From: Planctomycetota bacterium
GTDB lineage: Bacteria; Planctomycetota; UBA1135
DNA length: 64,000 nucleotides
Assembly (NCBI GenBank): GCA_049609225.1
Contig: JBMYYH010000001.1
Span: forward strand, 84,373 to 148,372
Direction of reading: 5' to 3'
Numbering within the stretch: the first letter of the stretch is position 1; every line of letters begins with the position of its first letter. The notes under the pieces were generated by a model. It was given only the letters and a program-made list of their open reading frames with translations, did no database searches and was not told the DNA's origin. Made by a program: the position numbers and the translations under genes. Below are positions 28,866 through 38,585 of the stretch, one piece after another.

Positions 28866-30908
28866 CTACCAGCGCAGCTCCACGAGCACAGAAGTCTCGA
28901 GAGGCAGTCGTAGCTCCAGTATATCACCACGCAGGGTCACCCAATCCTCGGCGTCGACCATCTGCGCGTTGGTGCAGGACAGATTGGCCAGGCTTTCGGG
29001 CACCTCGGAGGCCAGACGCTCCATGTGACCATCAAAAAGCGAGCGGGCGCGACGCGAAGTCTCACGACTGATGCCCGCAGTGCTGCCTTTATTGCCCTTC
29101 ATGTTGCGGCGCAGGGCATCCAGCTCGGACTGAGCGACGCCCTCATCCCCCAACTGCGTCAGGGTTGCCTCCACGGCAGCTCCTTGCAGGCCATTGGCAT
29201 AGGGTGCGTGGGCGCGGCGGAAGGCATCGTCGGTCAGTGGGTTGCCGTGCTCGCGGTCGAGCAGTTGCACCGACGCGATGCTGCGTGGCTTGCCCTCCAG
29301 CTTGATCTTGACCAGGCGGTTGCCTTTGGTTTTCTCGATCTCCTGCCCCGAAATCTCCGCGCGGACGGTGTCCAGCACCGACATCGTCAGTTCATCGAGG
29401 TTGAGCTTGCGCAGGGAGGACCGTTCGGCGCGTCCGTAGACATAGGCCTGCAGTTGTTTCTGACTGCGCTTCAGGCTGCTGAGGTCGACCCCACCACGAC
29501 GCAACAGGCGCGTGGCATGGCGCTCGAGTCCACCACCAAAGGTGTTGATGCCGAGCACATAGCCTTTCTGCCCTTCCTTCGATGCAAAGATCGAGATGTT
29601 GGAAGGTGCACCCAGGCGCGTGACCGGTGCGGCTGGCAAGTCACCGGCCGTCGCCATCATGCGCATGCCGCTGAGCAGGGCTTTCGGTGCTCCCGCCAAG
29701 CTGAACACGCCGACGGATTCCCCGGCGAACTCCTTCTTGGTATCCCATGGTGCATCCTGCAGGAAGAAGAAGGATGCGTGGCTGACTTGGGTCTGTGCCA
29801 GCGAGATCACCGTCGCCATGTAGTAATGCGCGGCGCGTTGATCATCCAGCGCTTCAAAACGCGGGGTGGGAAGGCCGATGTTCCATTCCGACAGGATCAG
29901 TTGTGGCGGACGAATGCCTGCGGCCTGCGCTTCGGCAAGAATGACATTCGGCACGTCGAGCATGTCGTGCTCGGAGGGATAACTGCCGTAGTGGTGCCAA
30001 GAGTAGAAGTCGATCTCGAAGCCCTTGCGCTTGCACGCGGCAAACATCTCTTTTGCCCATTCGAGCTTATCGCCGAGGGTTCCGGCCAATCCAGGTCCAC
30101 CGAGCTGGATGGTATCGCCGAACTCTTCACGCAGAGCCAGGCCGGCATCCGCGAACCAGTTGCCGAAGTTGGCGATCGATTCAGGCCAGGGATCGCCGAG
30201 GTTCGGTTCGTTCCAGATTTCAATGTGCGTGACATCCACGCCGGCAGCCTGCAGACGACGCACATCGCGGATGACTTCGCGCGTCCAATCCTCAATGTTC
30301 GGTGGTTCCGGCACATGTGCTCCACCGGTCTTGATGCCGGTCTCCTTGTGCGTCGAAGTTCCGACCGCCGTGACCATGGTGGTCAGGCCAGCTGCCTTGG
30401 CGCGCAATGCGGTATCGATATGCCCTTGGTCCACGGCGACCTGCGAGTACTTGAACCACAGACGCAGCATGCCTCCCGTTGGGGTGACGGCATCCGACCA
30501 CACGCGCCATGCACCTGGCGATGCATTACGCAGATCGTTCATGCCATAGATCAAGCCCGGCGGAATCGGCGCACCGACGTTGTTGAAGTCGATCGCAAAA
30601 TCATCGCCCTCGTTGAGCGTGGAGAATGCGAGTAGCGGGTTATCCGGAAGTGCGCCGACCACGGGCGGGGTGCCATAACCACTATCCGACGGAGTCCCGC
30701 CGGTGTTCCCGGGGTTAGTGCCGGGCTGGCTGCCACCACCGGTATTGCCGGGTTGATTCGGCTGCTCCGTTGGTTGATCCTTTCCAGGACGTTCCTTCCC
30801 TCCATTCTTGGGCAGCCGGTTCTTGGCCCAGCCGCCATCACGTTTCTGATTCTGGGCGCACGAGACCGCCAGAAGCAGGAGAGGAATGAGGAGAAGGTAG
30901 CGTTTCAT
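28866..30908 (-). CDS. Lipoprotein, putative clan GH-A (TIM-barrel) glycoside hydrolase with a C-terminal extension
   Basis: Lipobox LLAVSCAQ, a Gly/Pro-rich linker, IEIWNEPNLGD (the acid/base NEP motif) and LILSEWNIG (a candidate nucleophile). The GH family is not assignable by eye. Confidence 0.55.
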   Translation of the reverse strand: MKRYLLLIPLLLLAVSCAQNQKRDGGWAKNRLPKNGGKERPGKDQPTEQPNQPGNTGGGSQPGTNPGNTGGTPSDSGYGTPPVVGALPDNPLLAFSTLNEGDDFAIDFNNVGAPIPPGLIYGMNDLRNASPGAWRVWSDAVTPTGGMLRLWFKYSQVAVDQGHIDTALRAKAAGLTTMVTAVGTSTHKETGIKTGGAHVPEPPNIEDWTREVIRDVRRLQAAGVDVTHIEIWNEPNLGDPWPESIANFGNWFADAGLALREEFGDTIQLGGPGLAGTLGDKLEWAKEMFAACKRKGFEIDFYSWHHYGSYPSEHDMLDVPNVILAEAQAAGIRPPQLILSEWNIGLPTPRFEALDDQRAAHYYMATVISLAQTQVSHASFFFLQDAPWDTKKEFAGESVGVFSLAGAPKALLSGMRMMATAGDLPAAPVTRLGAPSNISIFASKEGQKGYVLGINTFGGGLERHATRLLRRGGVDLSSLKRSQKQLQAYVYGRAERSSLRKLNLDELTMSVLDTVRAEISGQEIEKTKGNRLVKIKLEGKPRSIASVQLLDREHGNPLTDDAFRRAHAPYANGLQGAAVEATLTQLGDEGVAQSELDALRRNMKGNKGSTAGISRETSRRARSLFDGHMERLASEVPESLANLSCTNAQMVDAEDWVTLRGDILELRLPLETSVLVELRW

Positions 30909-32578
30909 TGCAAGTAACCGAGACCGCGAAGACTTTCCTCGATGGCCTTGTTCTGATCATCATCGAGGGTAGAGCCGTCAGGAGAGCTGCCTGAGCCCGC
31001 ATCGGGCTCGTCGGACTCATCCCATACGGGTTCCGCGGGATTCTCATAGAGATCTCCGCGGATGCGGCCGTCCATCCACTTTGGAACGGCCTCTTTCACA
31101 AGGTACAGCAGGGTCGGCGCCGTATCTTGTATATGCATGCCCTCCAGGACCTTGCCGGCCTCGATGCCCGCGGCACTCACGGCGAAAATGCCGTTAAAGC
31201 GGTGCTGACCGGAGATCATGGCGTTCTTGCGCTCGGCAAACAGGGTGGATTCGCCCCAACTCTCCTTGGTGATGGTGGCTAGGCCATTCATCTGGAACTG
31301 GATATCCGGCGCTTCGCCCGTGCGTGGGCCATCGTAAGTCTCTTCCTTACTGATCGAGAAGTCGGTGGCATGGCCCTCTCCCGTGGGAGAAGCGACCTTG
31401 GCGAGTGCTTCGCGGACTTCCTGCATGACCTGCTGATAGCCCTGTTCCCCTTCGACGATGCCCTCTGGCTCGCGCCCCTTGCGGTTGACGCAAATGCCAT
31501 GGAGAGAAGCGAAAGCCCGCGTCTTAGACCAGACGATGTCGTTGGCCGTGGCCTCGGTGCGTTTCTTCGGGCGCAGAATCGGGATGTTGCCGAGGGGGCC
31601 AAGTGCCCGCCCGATTTTCCCTAAACCGATGCGTTCAAAGGCGTTGCGCACGTTCAGCTTGCCCACTGCCCAATACGGCACCTGACGTCGGGTGAGGAAG
31701 CCTTCGTCTTCCAGCCACTTGTTGACGTGGAAGTCGTAGTTCTGCGGACCAAAGCCGTGGTCTGACACCAAGGCCACCGGCACCTCATCCCCAAGGATCT
31801 CGCGCACCTCGCCGACGAACTCATCCGCCAGACGGTAGGAATCCTTGATGACCTCGCCGTAGAGCTTTTCGCCCTCCTCGGTCCAACCAGCATGGCTGCG
31901 ATCCTGGAACTTCCAGAAGTAGTGCTGACAGCGGTCGGTGACCGACACCACGGTGAAGTAAAAGTCCGTGGGCTTGTTTTTGAGGTAATGCGCCTGCAAC
32001 TTCAGGCGATCCCGTTCGATCTGGAACAGGTGATCGCGCAACTTGGCGTACATCGCCATGTCGTCCGAAGGAGTCTCGGTGTCGCCGTCGTAAGGGTAGT
32101 AATCGACATCCGGCTCATAAGGACGCCCCAGGATCTGCTCCATCTCAGCCACCGTGCCCTGCGGCCAGGCGATCGTATCCCCCGAAAGCGGCATCGGAAT
32201 GCCCGAAATCATGTAGCCATCCTTCACTGGGAAGGGCGGATAAGTCATCGGTACCGACAAACTGCCCACACTCCAGCCGCGGTTACTGAGCAGCGACATC
32301 ACATCCTTGCCCAAGTAGTTACGCGAGTCATTCAGCAGGTTCTGGTACGTGCCCAGATCCCGTCGAATGAAGTGGAAGACGCCGTGTTTACCCGGATTCA
32401 GCCCTGTGAACATCGAAGTCCAGGCTGGAGGCGTCATCGGAGGCTTCTCAGACTCCAGATCTGCCGACACCCCTTCCTTCAGGATGCGAGCAATGTGAGG
32501 CAACTCCCCTGCTTCGATCATCGGGCGGATGATCTCGTAGGTGGCTCCGTCAATTCCGACAATGGCTAAGCGTGTCAT
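30905..32578 (-). CDS. Alkaline-phosphatase superfamily protein (type I phosphodiesterase / nucleotide pyrophosphatase-like)
   Basis: The N-terminus LAIVGIDGATYEII and LVSDHGFG are typical of this family. It overlaps the next gene by 4 nt. Confidence 0.7.
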   Translation of the reverse strand: MTRLAIVGIDGATYEIIRPMIEAGELPHIARILKEGVSADLESEKPPMTPPAWTSMFTGLNPGKHGVFHFIRRDLGTYQNLLNDSRNYLGKDVMSLLSNRGWSVGSLSVPMTYPPFPVKDGYMISGIPMPLSGDTIAWPQGTVAEMEQILGRPYEPDVDYYPYDGDTETPSDDMAMYAKLRDHLFQIERDRLKLQAHYLKNKPTDFYFTVVSVTDRCQHYFWKFQDRSHAGWTEEGEKLYGEVIKDSYRLADEFVGEVREILGDEVPVALVSDHGFGPQNYDFHVNKWLEDEGFLTRRQVPYWAVGKLNVRNAFERIGLGKIGRALGPLGNIPILRPKKRTEATANDIVWSKTRAFASLHGICVNRKGREPEGIVEGEQGYQQVMQEVREALAKVASPTGEGHATDFSISKEETYDGPRTGEAPDIQFQMNGLATITKESWGESTLFAERKNAMISGQHRFNGIFAVSAAGIEAGKVLEGMHIQDTAPTLLYLVKEAVPKWMDGRIRGDLYENPAEPVWDESDEPDAGSGSSPDGSTLDDDQNKAIEESLRGLGYLQ

Positions 32579-32668
32579 GGCAGGTAGGGGCAGGTGGTCC
32601 TCACCTCTACATCAGGCCCCCGGCAGCGCTATGATACATCTGCTCGCGTAGGAGCACGCACTACCGCA

Positions 32669-33442
32669 ATGATTCGCCGCTGCAGTTTTCCGACATTGGT
32701 CCTAGCCCTTTCCACAGTGGCTTGTTCCGTGTCACCTTATACCGATGGCCCTAGCCTCGGCGAGAACCCCGAGCTCCTGCCCCTGGATTTCCAGGCTGAA
32801 ATTGCCAATGGGCAGTTCTTCCTGGGCCCAGAAGACAAGATCTCGGTCAGTTTCCACCTCCACGATGACCTGACCCGCGCCTACCGCGTGCGCAACGATG
32901 GCAGCATCATCGCGCCTTTGGTGGGCCGCGTTCAAGCTGCAGGAAGCACGCGCGAGCAGTTCGAAGATCGCCTGATGGAGGCCTACAACGAGTACCTAGT
33001 CGACCCGATCGCGACCGTCGATGTGGAGTACTCCCCCACGCGTAAGGTCACGATCCTCGGTGAGATCGAACGCACTTCGGTGCTCACCCTTACGAGCCCA
33101 GACACCACGGTGCTCGACGTCATCGCCAGCGCTGGCGGGATCGGCACCGATGGAGATCGCACTGGTGTCCTCATCGCACGTCGGGTGGATGGCATCATGA
33201 CCGTCCGTCACTACGACATCGATGGACTCTTCTCGCCGGAAGATCCGAACCTGCGCACCGAGATCCCATACGTCCAGAATGGCGATGTGATCTACGTCCT
33301 GCGCACTTGGGATTCGGTCTACCTGCAGAAGATGGAGCTGGTCTCCGAGACCTTGCGCGCCGCGACCTTCGCCGAGCGCGTGATCCTCAACGGCCCACGC
33401 ACCACCGAGGCGCTGCAAGGCGACTTGGATGAGAACGGTTAA
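32669..33442 (+). CDS. Polysaccharide export protein (Wza-like: Poly_export + SLBB)
   Basis: Lipobox STVACS, then PEDKISVSF...VRNDGSIIAPLVGRVQAAGSTREQFEDRL...KVTILGEI. Confidence 0.75.
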   Translation: MIRRCSFPTLVLALSTVACSVSPYTDGPSLGENPELLPLDFQAEIANGQFFLGPEDKISVSFHLHDDLTRAYRVRNDGSIIAPLVGRVQAAGSTREQFEDRLMEAYNEYLVDPIATVDVEYSPTRKVTILGEIERTSVLTLTSPDTTVLDVIASAGGIGTDGDRTGVLIARRVDGIMTVRHYDIDGLFSPEDPNLRTEIPYVQNGDVIYVLRTWDSVYLQKMELVSETLRAATFAERVILNGPRTTEALQGDLDENG

Positions 33443-33454
33443 TCCCGGAAGACT

Positions 33455-34786
33455 GTGAGCAACCAGACCAAAGGTCCCTTTCAGCTCTTCTACGAGTACC
33501 TGTACGTCATCGTGATCGTGACGGCTGTGGCGGTGATTTCCGCCTACCTGATCACGAACTCCATGACGCCGCAGTACCGCTCGCAGGCGCGTTGCTACAT
33601 GCCGAACGACACTTCGACGATGTCGTTGAATGAAGAGGCGGGCAACATTCCGAACAGCCCACTGCTGCCCACGGCAAACCCGGATTTCCAGGCTTCGTTG
33701 ATGGGTGTGTTGGCTGCGCAGGATACGCGCCTTCTGGTCGCTTCCAAGATCGAGGGAGTCGACAGCGAGTACCTGAAGAAGAATGTCGAGTTCCAAGTCG
33801 ACCGCTTCAACCTGATCACCATCACGGCATACGACCCAGATGCCAAGATGGCCTACCAGATCGCGCAGACTTATCTGGACACCTTCCAGAACAAGCTGAA
33901 TCAGGCGACGACTGCGCAAGCGGAAGAACGTCGGACGACCTTCTCGAATGGCATCGCGCGTGCACAGGGCGAGCTGACCGAGCTCGAAGCCGACCGCCTC
34001 GCCTTCATGAAGGAGCATGGCGCGATCGACTTCATCAGCGAACTCAGCCTTTTGACCACGCGTCAAAGCGAGTACGAGAACAAGCTCAACGACATCACCA
34101 CGAACCTTGCCTCCGCACGCGAGCAACGGACCGAAATGGTGAAGCAGTTCGAGGCACGTCCGGAGACCGAGCAGGCCTCCTCGACGATGGTGAAGAACCC
34201 GCAGCTCGAAGAGCTGAACCGCAACCTCAGTACGGTGAAGCGCGAGCGCGTCACCCTGGGCCTGCAGTTCAAGGACAACCACCCCACCATCCAAGCGAAG
34301 GATCTTGAGATCGCTGCCTTGGAAGGCGAGATCAAGACTCTCGAGGCCACCATCCAAGGATCGGCCACCATCGCTCCAGACACGATGCGTAAGGATCTGG
34401 AAGGTCGTCTCAACGACCTCGATTTGCGTGTCGCTGCGATGACCACGGAGGCCGAGCTGCACGCCGATTCGCTCGCCACCACCAAGACCCGTCGCATCGA
34501 GTTGAGTGGCTTGCAAGCGCAACTCGAAGCCAAGGATTCGCAGATCAAGAACCTTCGTGGAACCTTGGTCAACTACCGCGATCGCTATGCGGAACTCAAT
34601 ATCTACATTGAGCGCCAAGCGAACTTCCTGCAGATTCCTGAGTATCCCTCGGAATCGTCTTCGCCGTACCTGCCGATTCTGTGGGTCAACCTGCTGGTTG
34701 CTGCAGTCCTCGGCCTTTCCCTCGCCATCTGCGTGGTCCTGGTCCTGAACCAGGTGCGCTTCTCGCAGGAGGAAGCCCTGTGGTAA
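33455..34786 (+). CDS. Polysaccharide co-polymerase (Wzz/GumC-like), second copy, no kinase domain
   Basis: GTG start. TM helices at both ends and a long coiled-coil. It shares GN(V/I)PxSPLLP with 26014-27348. Confidence 0.65.
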   Translation: MSNQTKGPFQLFYEYLYVIVIVTAVAVISAYLITNSMTPQYRSQARCYMPNDTSTMSLNEEAGNIPNSPLLPTANPDFQASLMGVLAAQDTRLLVASKIEGVDSEYLKKNVEFQVDRFNLITITAYDPDAKMAYQIAQTYLDTFQNKLNQATTAQAEERRTTFSNGIARAQGELTELEADRLAFMKEHGAIDFISELSLLTTRQSEYENKLNDITTNLASAREQRTEMVKQFEARPETEQASSTMVKNPQLEELNRNLSTVKRERVTLGLQFKDNHPTIQAKDLEIAALEGEIKTLEATIQGSATIAPDTMRKDLEGRLNDLDLRVAAMTTEAELHADSLATTKTRRIELSGLQAQLEAKDSQIKNLRGTLVNYRDRYAELNIYIERQANFLQIPEYPSESSSPYLPILWVNLLVAAVLGLSLAICVVLVLNQVRFSQEEALW

Positions 34787-35052
34787 AGGTCGCTGATCGT
34801 CCTGAGTTCGCGGAGATTCCACCGCACGTGCGCGAAGGCATCGAGATCGATGTGCGCGCCGCTGCATTCGAAACGCTTCATGCGGAAGCCGTGTCGCGCA
34901 AAGACTTGAGCGCTGCACCAGGCACCTTGTTCGACAAGATGCCCGGCCGCGTCGTGCGTCTGCTCCTGTTCCTCGGCATCGGTGGTGTAATCGGCACCAT
35001 CTCCTGCCTCATCGCCATCTACCTGATGCGCCTCCTCGTCACGATCGTCTGA
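34780..35052 (+). CDS. Small hypothetical protein with a C-terminal TM helix
   Basis: A GTG overlaps the upstream stop (GTGGTAA), and the C-terminus is hydrophobic (VVRLLLFLGIGGVIGTISCLIAIYLM). I recognise no family. Confidence 0.3.
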   Translation: MVKVADRPEFAEIPPHVREGIEIDVRAAAFETLHAEAVSRKDLSAAPGTLFDKMPGRVVRLLLFLGIGGVIGTISCLIAIYLMRLLVTIV

Positions 35053-35456
35053 TGGTTACCTACAAGGAGATCGCCCAGCGCAAGCTGAAGCTCATCGAAC
35101 GTTATCGTTCGGCGCTGTTGGAGGAGATGCTCGAAGAGGGTCGTGAACAGGCCATGGTCGAGCGTGAACGCGAACGTTACGCCTGGCGTGGCGAGTTCCG
35201 TTCCCGCGATGAGATCATGGGGCTGTACAAGGAGCGCAAGAAGTGGGATCGCCGCTTCCTGCTCGACACCTTCGTCCTTTCCGTTCTGCTGTTGCTGGTC
35301 GTGATGGCCACGCCGCAATTGGTCGCGACCGTCGCACCGAAAGCAAACAAGCGCGGAGAAGGCGGGCGTCGTCAGCGTGCGCAGGCGGAGCAGACAGAAA
35401 CGCAAGCCACCACCGATCCGGTGGATGGCGAGAACGAAGAAGCTGCTGGCGAGTAA
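35052..35456 (+). CDS. Hypothetical single-pass membrane protein
   Basis: Its ATG overlaps the previous stop (TGATG). It has a charged N-terminal helix and one TM helix (FVLSVLLLLVVMA). Confidence 0.4.
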   Translation: MVTYKEIAQRKLKLIERYRSALLEEMLEEGREQAMVERERERYAWRGEFRSRDEIMGLYKERKKWDRRFLLDTFVLSVLLLLVVMATPQLVATVAPKANKRGEGGRRQRAQAEQTETQATTDPVDGENEEAAGE

Positions 35457-35471
35457 GCCAGTTGGGCGGCT

Positions 35472-36287
35472 CTAGATGCCGCGCTCCTTCTTGATGCGTG
35501 CCCATGCATCATTGATGGCCGTCATCTTTTCCTTGGCGTACTCAAGGAAGTCTTCCGGCAGGCCTTTCGACTGCATGGTGTCTGGGTGGTATTCCCGTAC
35601 CAACTTGCGGTGGGCGCTCTTCACCTCGGCATCGGTGGCGGTGGCCGCAACACCGAGCACTTCATAGGGCGAAGTGGTGTTGGCCTTGCCGTGGGTCGCT
35701 TCGAAACCGGCTTTACACGATTGGTAATCGGCGGCACTGAGGCCGAACTCACGCGCGATCTCTTGGATCAAGTGCTCCTCTTTCGCGTGCAGATGACCAT
35801 CCGCTAAGGCGACGGTGAGCAGGATGGTGATAATGTCACGCAGGCGATAGGGCTCGGCGCGGAACAGGCTGCGGATTTGCCCAGTGAACTCGCGCACCGG
35901 TGCTTGGGAATCGCGTGCGGAGTTGAAGACCTTGGCGGCCACACGGCGGTCCTCGGTGTTGAGGCGCAAGGACTGCTTCAGGAACAGATCGAAGGTCTGG
36001 ATCTCATCATGGGTGACTTTGCCATCGGCTTTGGCGACCTTCGCCGCAAGACTGGTCAGGGCGACGGCGAAGGCGAGCTGCAGTTCCTGTGCGGAACGTG
36101 GCGCATTGCGCGTGCCGGTGTACCCACCCCCCGTGTTGCCTTGGCCGAACTGGCCGGGAGCACCGCCGAAGTTACCGGCTCCAGCACTCCCGAGGTTGGA
36201 ACCGATTGCGGCACCGAGGACGGCACCTAGAGGTCCGCCGAAAAGGGCACCTACCGTGCCACCGATGAGGGTTCCGAAGATTCCCAT
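35472..36287 (-). CDS. djlA: DjlA-type co-chaperone (Gly-rich TM, TerB-like domain, C-terminal J domain)
   Basis: SPYEVLGVAATATDAEVKSAHRKLVREYHPD with the HPD motif at the C-terminus, plus a Gly-rich N-terminus. Confidence 0.8.
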   Translation of the reverse strand: MGIFGTLIGGTVGALFGGPLGAVLGAAIGSNLGSAGAGNFGGAPGQFGQGNTGGGYTGTRNAPRSAQELQLAFAVALTSLAAKVAKADGKVTHDEIQTFDLFLKQSLRLNTEDRRVAAKVFNSARDSQAPVREFTGQIRSLFRAEPYRLRDIITILLTVALADGHLHAKEEHLIQEIAREFGLSAADYQSCKAGFEATHGKANTTSPYEVLGVAATATDAEVKSAHRKLVREYHPDTMQSKGLPEDFLEYAKEKMTAINDAWARIKKERGI

Positions 36288-36297
36288 GCGCGGGATT

Positions 36298-37548
36298 CTA
36301 CGGACGGTCCAGGCGTTCTAATAGGAAATCGCGCTCGGTGTCGGTGCCGGCGAGCTCCAATGCCCGACGCCAGGCACCCTGCGCTTCCTCCTTGCGATCG
36401 AGGCGCTCGAGGAGATCGGCATGGGTGCTGTGCAGCCAAAGGTAGTCCTTGAGGGCTGGGTTGTGCTGCAGGTCTTCGAGGATGGCGAGTGCCTCCTCCA
36501 CCTTGCCGGATTCCGCCACGGCCACGGCGCGATTGAGACGGATCACGGGCGTGTCTTGGACTTGCAGGAGGATGTCGTAGATGCGCACGATGCGTTGCCA
36601 AGCGGTGTCGGCGGCGGTGATGGCACTTGCATGTTCCGCAGCAAGGGCAGCCTGCAAGGTGTAGGTGCCGGGAGCCCCCAAACGTGATGCGAACTCGAGT
36701 TGGAGTCTGCCTTCCTGCAAGTCTTCTTGATTCCAGAGGCTGCGATCCTGCTCGGCGAGAGTGAGGAACTTGCCGTCGGAGGTACAGCGGGCGGCACGAC
36801 GCGAATCCTGAAAGGCCATCAATGCTTGGAGGCCGCGGACTTCGGGCTGCTCGGGAAGAAGCTCGGTGAGGGTGCGGGCGAGGCGTCGGGCATCGCGGCA
36901 TAGATCTTGGCGCTGCAGGGCGGCGCCGGAGGATGCGGAATAACCCTCATTGAAGATGAGGTAGAGGGCGGCGAGGACTCCGGGGAGGCGTTCGGGGAGG
37001 TCGTCGGAGGATGGAATCCGATAGGGAATGCCAGCGTCGCGGATCTTGCGTTTGGCGCGTGTCAGACGTTGGGCCATGGTGCGTTCCTCGATGAGGAAGG
37101 CGCGGGCAACTTCATCGGTGCGTAGACCGCCCAGCGTGGTCAGGGTGAGGGCAACTTGCGCTTCGGGTTTGAGACTGGGATGACAGCAAGTGAAGAGCAG
37201 GCGTAGGCGGTCGTCGGGGATGCCGGAATCGACGGCGTCATCCTGACGTTCGGATCCTTGCTCCCTCTCGATGCCTTCCGGTGCATCCTGTTCAGGCCGG
37301 ATGCGCCCCTGATGACGCATGTGATCCAACAACTTATTCCGCGCCGTCACCCGCAACCACGCGACGGGTTGCCGCGGCACTTCCTTCTGCCAATGTTCCA
37401 GCGCCGACGTGAAGGCAAGTTGGACGGCGTCCTCCGCGGCGGCGAGGTCATTGCGCGCCAATGGCATCAAGGAGGCCAAAAGGAGACCGACCTGCTCCCG
37501 GTGAAGTTCCGTGAGCAGGTCGTTGAGTTTGCCACCGGTCGGCGGCAT
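36298..37548 (-). CDS. ECF-type sigma-70 family sigma factor with a long C-terminal helical extension
   Basis: Regions 2 and 4 (LTLTTLGGLRTDEVARAFLIEERTMAQRLTRAKRKI) plus ~230 aa C-terminal. Its operon position after the YciI genes is typical. Confidence 0.8.
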   Translation of the reverse strand: MPPTGGKLNDLLTELHREQVGLLLASLMPLARNDLAAAEDAVQLAFTSALEHWQKEVPRQPVAWLRVTARNKLLDHMRHQGRIRPEQDAPEGIEREQGSERQDDAVDSGIPDDRLRLLFTCCHPSLKPEAQVALTLTTLGGLRTDEVARAFLIEERTMAQRLTRAKRKIRDAGIPYRIPSSDDLPERLPGVLAALYLIFNEGYSASSGAALQRQDLCRDARRLARTLTELLPEQPEVRGLQALMAFQDSRRAARCTSDGKFLTLAEQDRSLWNQEDLQEGRLQLEFASRLGAPGTYTLQAALAAEHASAITAADTAWQRIVRIYDILLQVQDTPVIRLNRAVAVAESGKVEEALAILEDLQHNPALKDYLWLHSTHADLLERLDRKEEAQGAWRRALELAGTDTERDFLLERLDRP

Positions 37549-37554
37549 CAGGAT

Positions 37555-38148
37555 CTAGCGGACGCCCTTGAGCTTGGCCTTGTCCTTGTCTTTCATCTTT
37601 GCCTTGGCGTTGGCGGCCTTCTCGGCAATGCCTTCCACCTTGACCAGATGGAAATCCGCGACGTGACCGATCTCGCCATTTTCGAGCATGCGCCAAGTGC
37701 TGTGGATCTTGTTGCCATCGCGACGGATCACCGCATCGTGCATGTGCGGGGTATCGGCGCAGACATCGAAGTTCTCGCCTTTGCCGATGCAATCGAAACG
37801 CAGGTTGCCTTCTTCATCCTTCGACGCGGTCATGATGGGATGGTTGGTGCAACCGCAATAATGCGTGAGCATGAGCTGATCATTCTTGGTGTAGTACATC
37901 GTGATCATTTCATGGTCGGCGCCCGGGAAGAGCGTTTCCATCAAGACCGAACCACTTGCAGTGGATTTCACGATCGAGAGGACTTCTTCGGTTGGATTGC
38001 CTTCTTCATCGGCCACCACCCAAGTGCCCGCGAAACCATCGAGGGCTTCGAGGCCAATCTTTTCCTCTGGGGGCGTGAGCGAAGTGACGAGAGTGCCGAG
38101 ACCGAGGAAGGCTGCGGCGGCGAGGAGTAGCTTGGTGGTGAGGTTCAT
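37555..38148 (-). CDS. Secreted hypothetical protein (possibly DUF1579-like) with a Lys-rich tail
   Basis: Signal MNLTTKLLLAAAAFLGLG. The start is placed at ATG 38148; the track ORF extends further upstream without support. Confidence 0.5.
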   Translation of the reverse strand: MNLTTKLLLAAAAFLGLGTLVTSLTPPEEKIGLEALDGFAGTWVVADEEGNPTEEVLSIVKSTASGSVLMETLFPGADHEMITMYYTKNDQLMLTHYCGCTNHPIMTASKDEEGNLRFDCIGKGENFDVCADTPHMHDAVIRRDGNKIHSTWRMLENGEIGHVADFHLVKVEGIAEKAANAKAKMKDKDKAKLKGVR

Positions 38149-38200
38149 GAGGGTTGGTGGTTGCGGTGGTTTTTGCGGGATGTGCTCGTTGCGGCGGGGT

Positions 38201-38545
38201 TCAGACCCATTCCGGGCGGACTTCAATCGTACCGATTCTTGCAGAAGGCACCTTTGCGGCCCAAGACAGGGCTGCATCGAGGTCTGGGACGTCGATGGCG
38301 TAGAAGCCGCCGAGTTGTTCCTTGGTTTCGGCGAAGGGCCCATCGGTGTGCAGGACCTTGCCGTCGCGCACTTGCACGCTGGTTGCCGTGGCGACGAGTT
38401 GCAAGCGATGGCCCGCGACCTTGACTCCAGCGGCTTCGAGTTCTTCCCCGAAGGCGTTGTAGTCGGACATGAGTTGGTCCATCTCCTGTTCGGACATGGT
38501 TTCAAAGAGAGATTCTTCGTCGTGGATGAGTAGGAAGTAGAGCAT
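38201..38545 (-). CDS. YciI family protein
   Basis: MLYFLLIHDEE...TDGPFAETKEQLGGFYAIDVPDLDAALSWAAK. Confidence 0.8.
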   Translation of the reverse strand: MLYFLLIHDEESLFETMSEQEMDQLMSDYNAFGEELEAAGVKVAGHRLQLVATATSVQVRDGKVLHTDGPFAETKEQLGGFYAIDVPDLDAALSWAAKVPSARIGTIEVRPEWV

Positions 38546-38585
38546 GGTTGGCTGCGGGGATTCGGGTTGCGGTTTTGATTCTGGT

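Noticed and set aside
29025-30635. 536-aa plus-strand ORF
   Set aside because: It is antisense to the GH-A-like lipoprotein gene (NEP motif, lipobox). It has no recognisable motifs of its own.
32996-34918. 640-aa minus-strand ORF, the longest unexplained ORF in the track
   Set aside because: It is entirely antisense to the Wza-like and PCP genes, which have clear motifs and lipobox/TM features. Its translation is a run of R/L/G/D/V-rich sequence with no domain logic.
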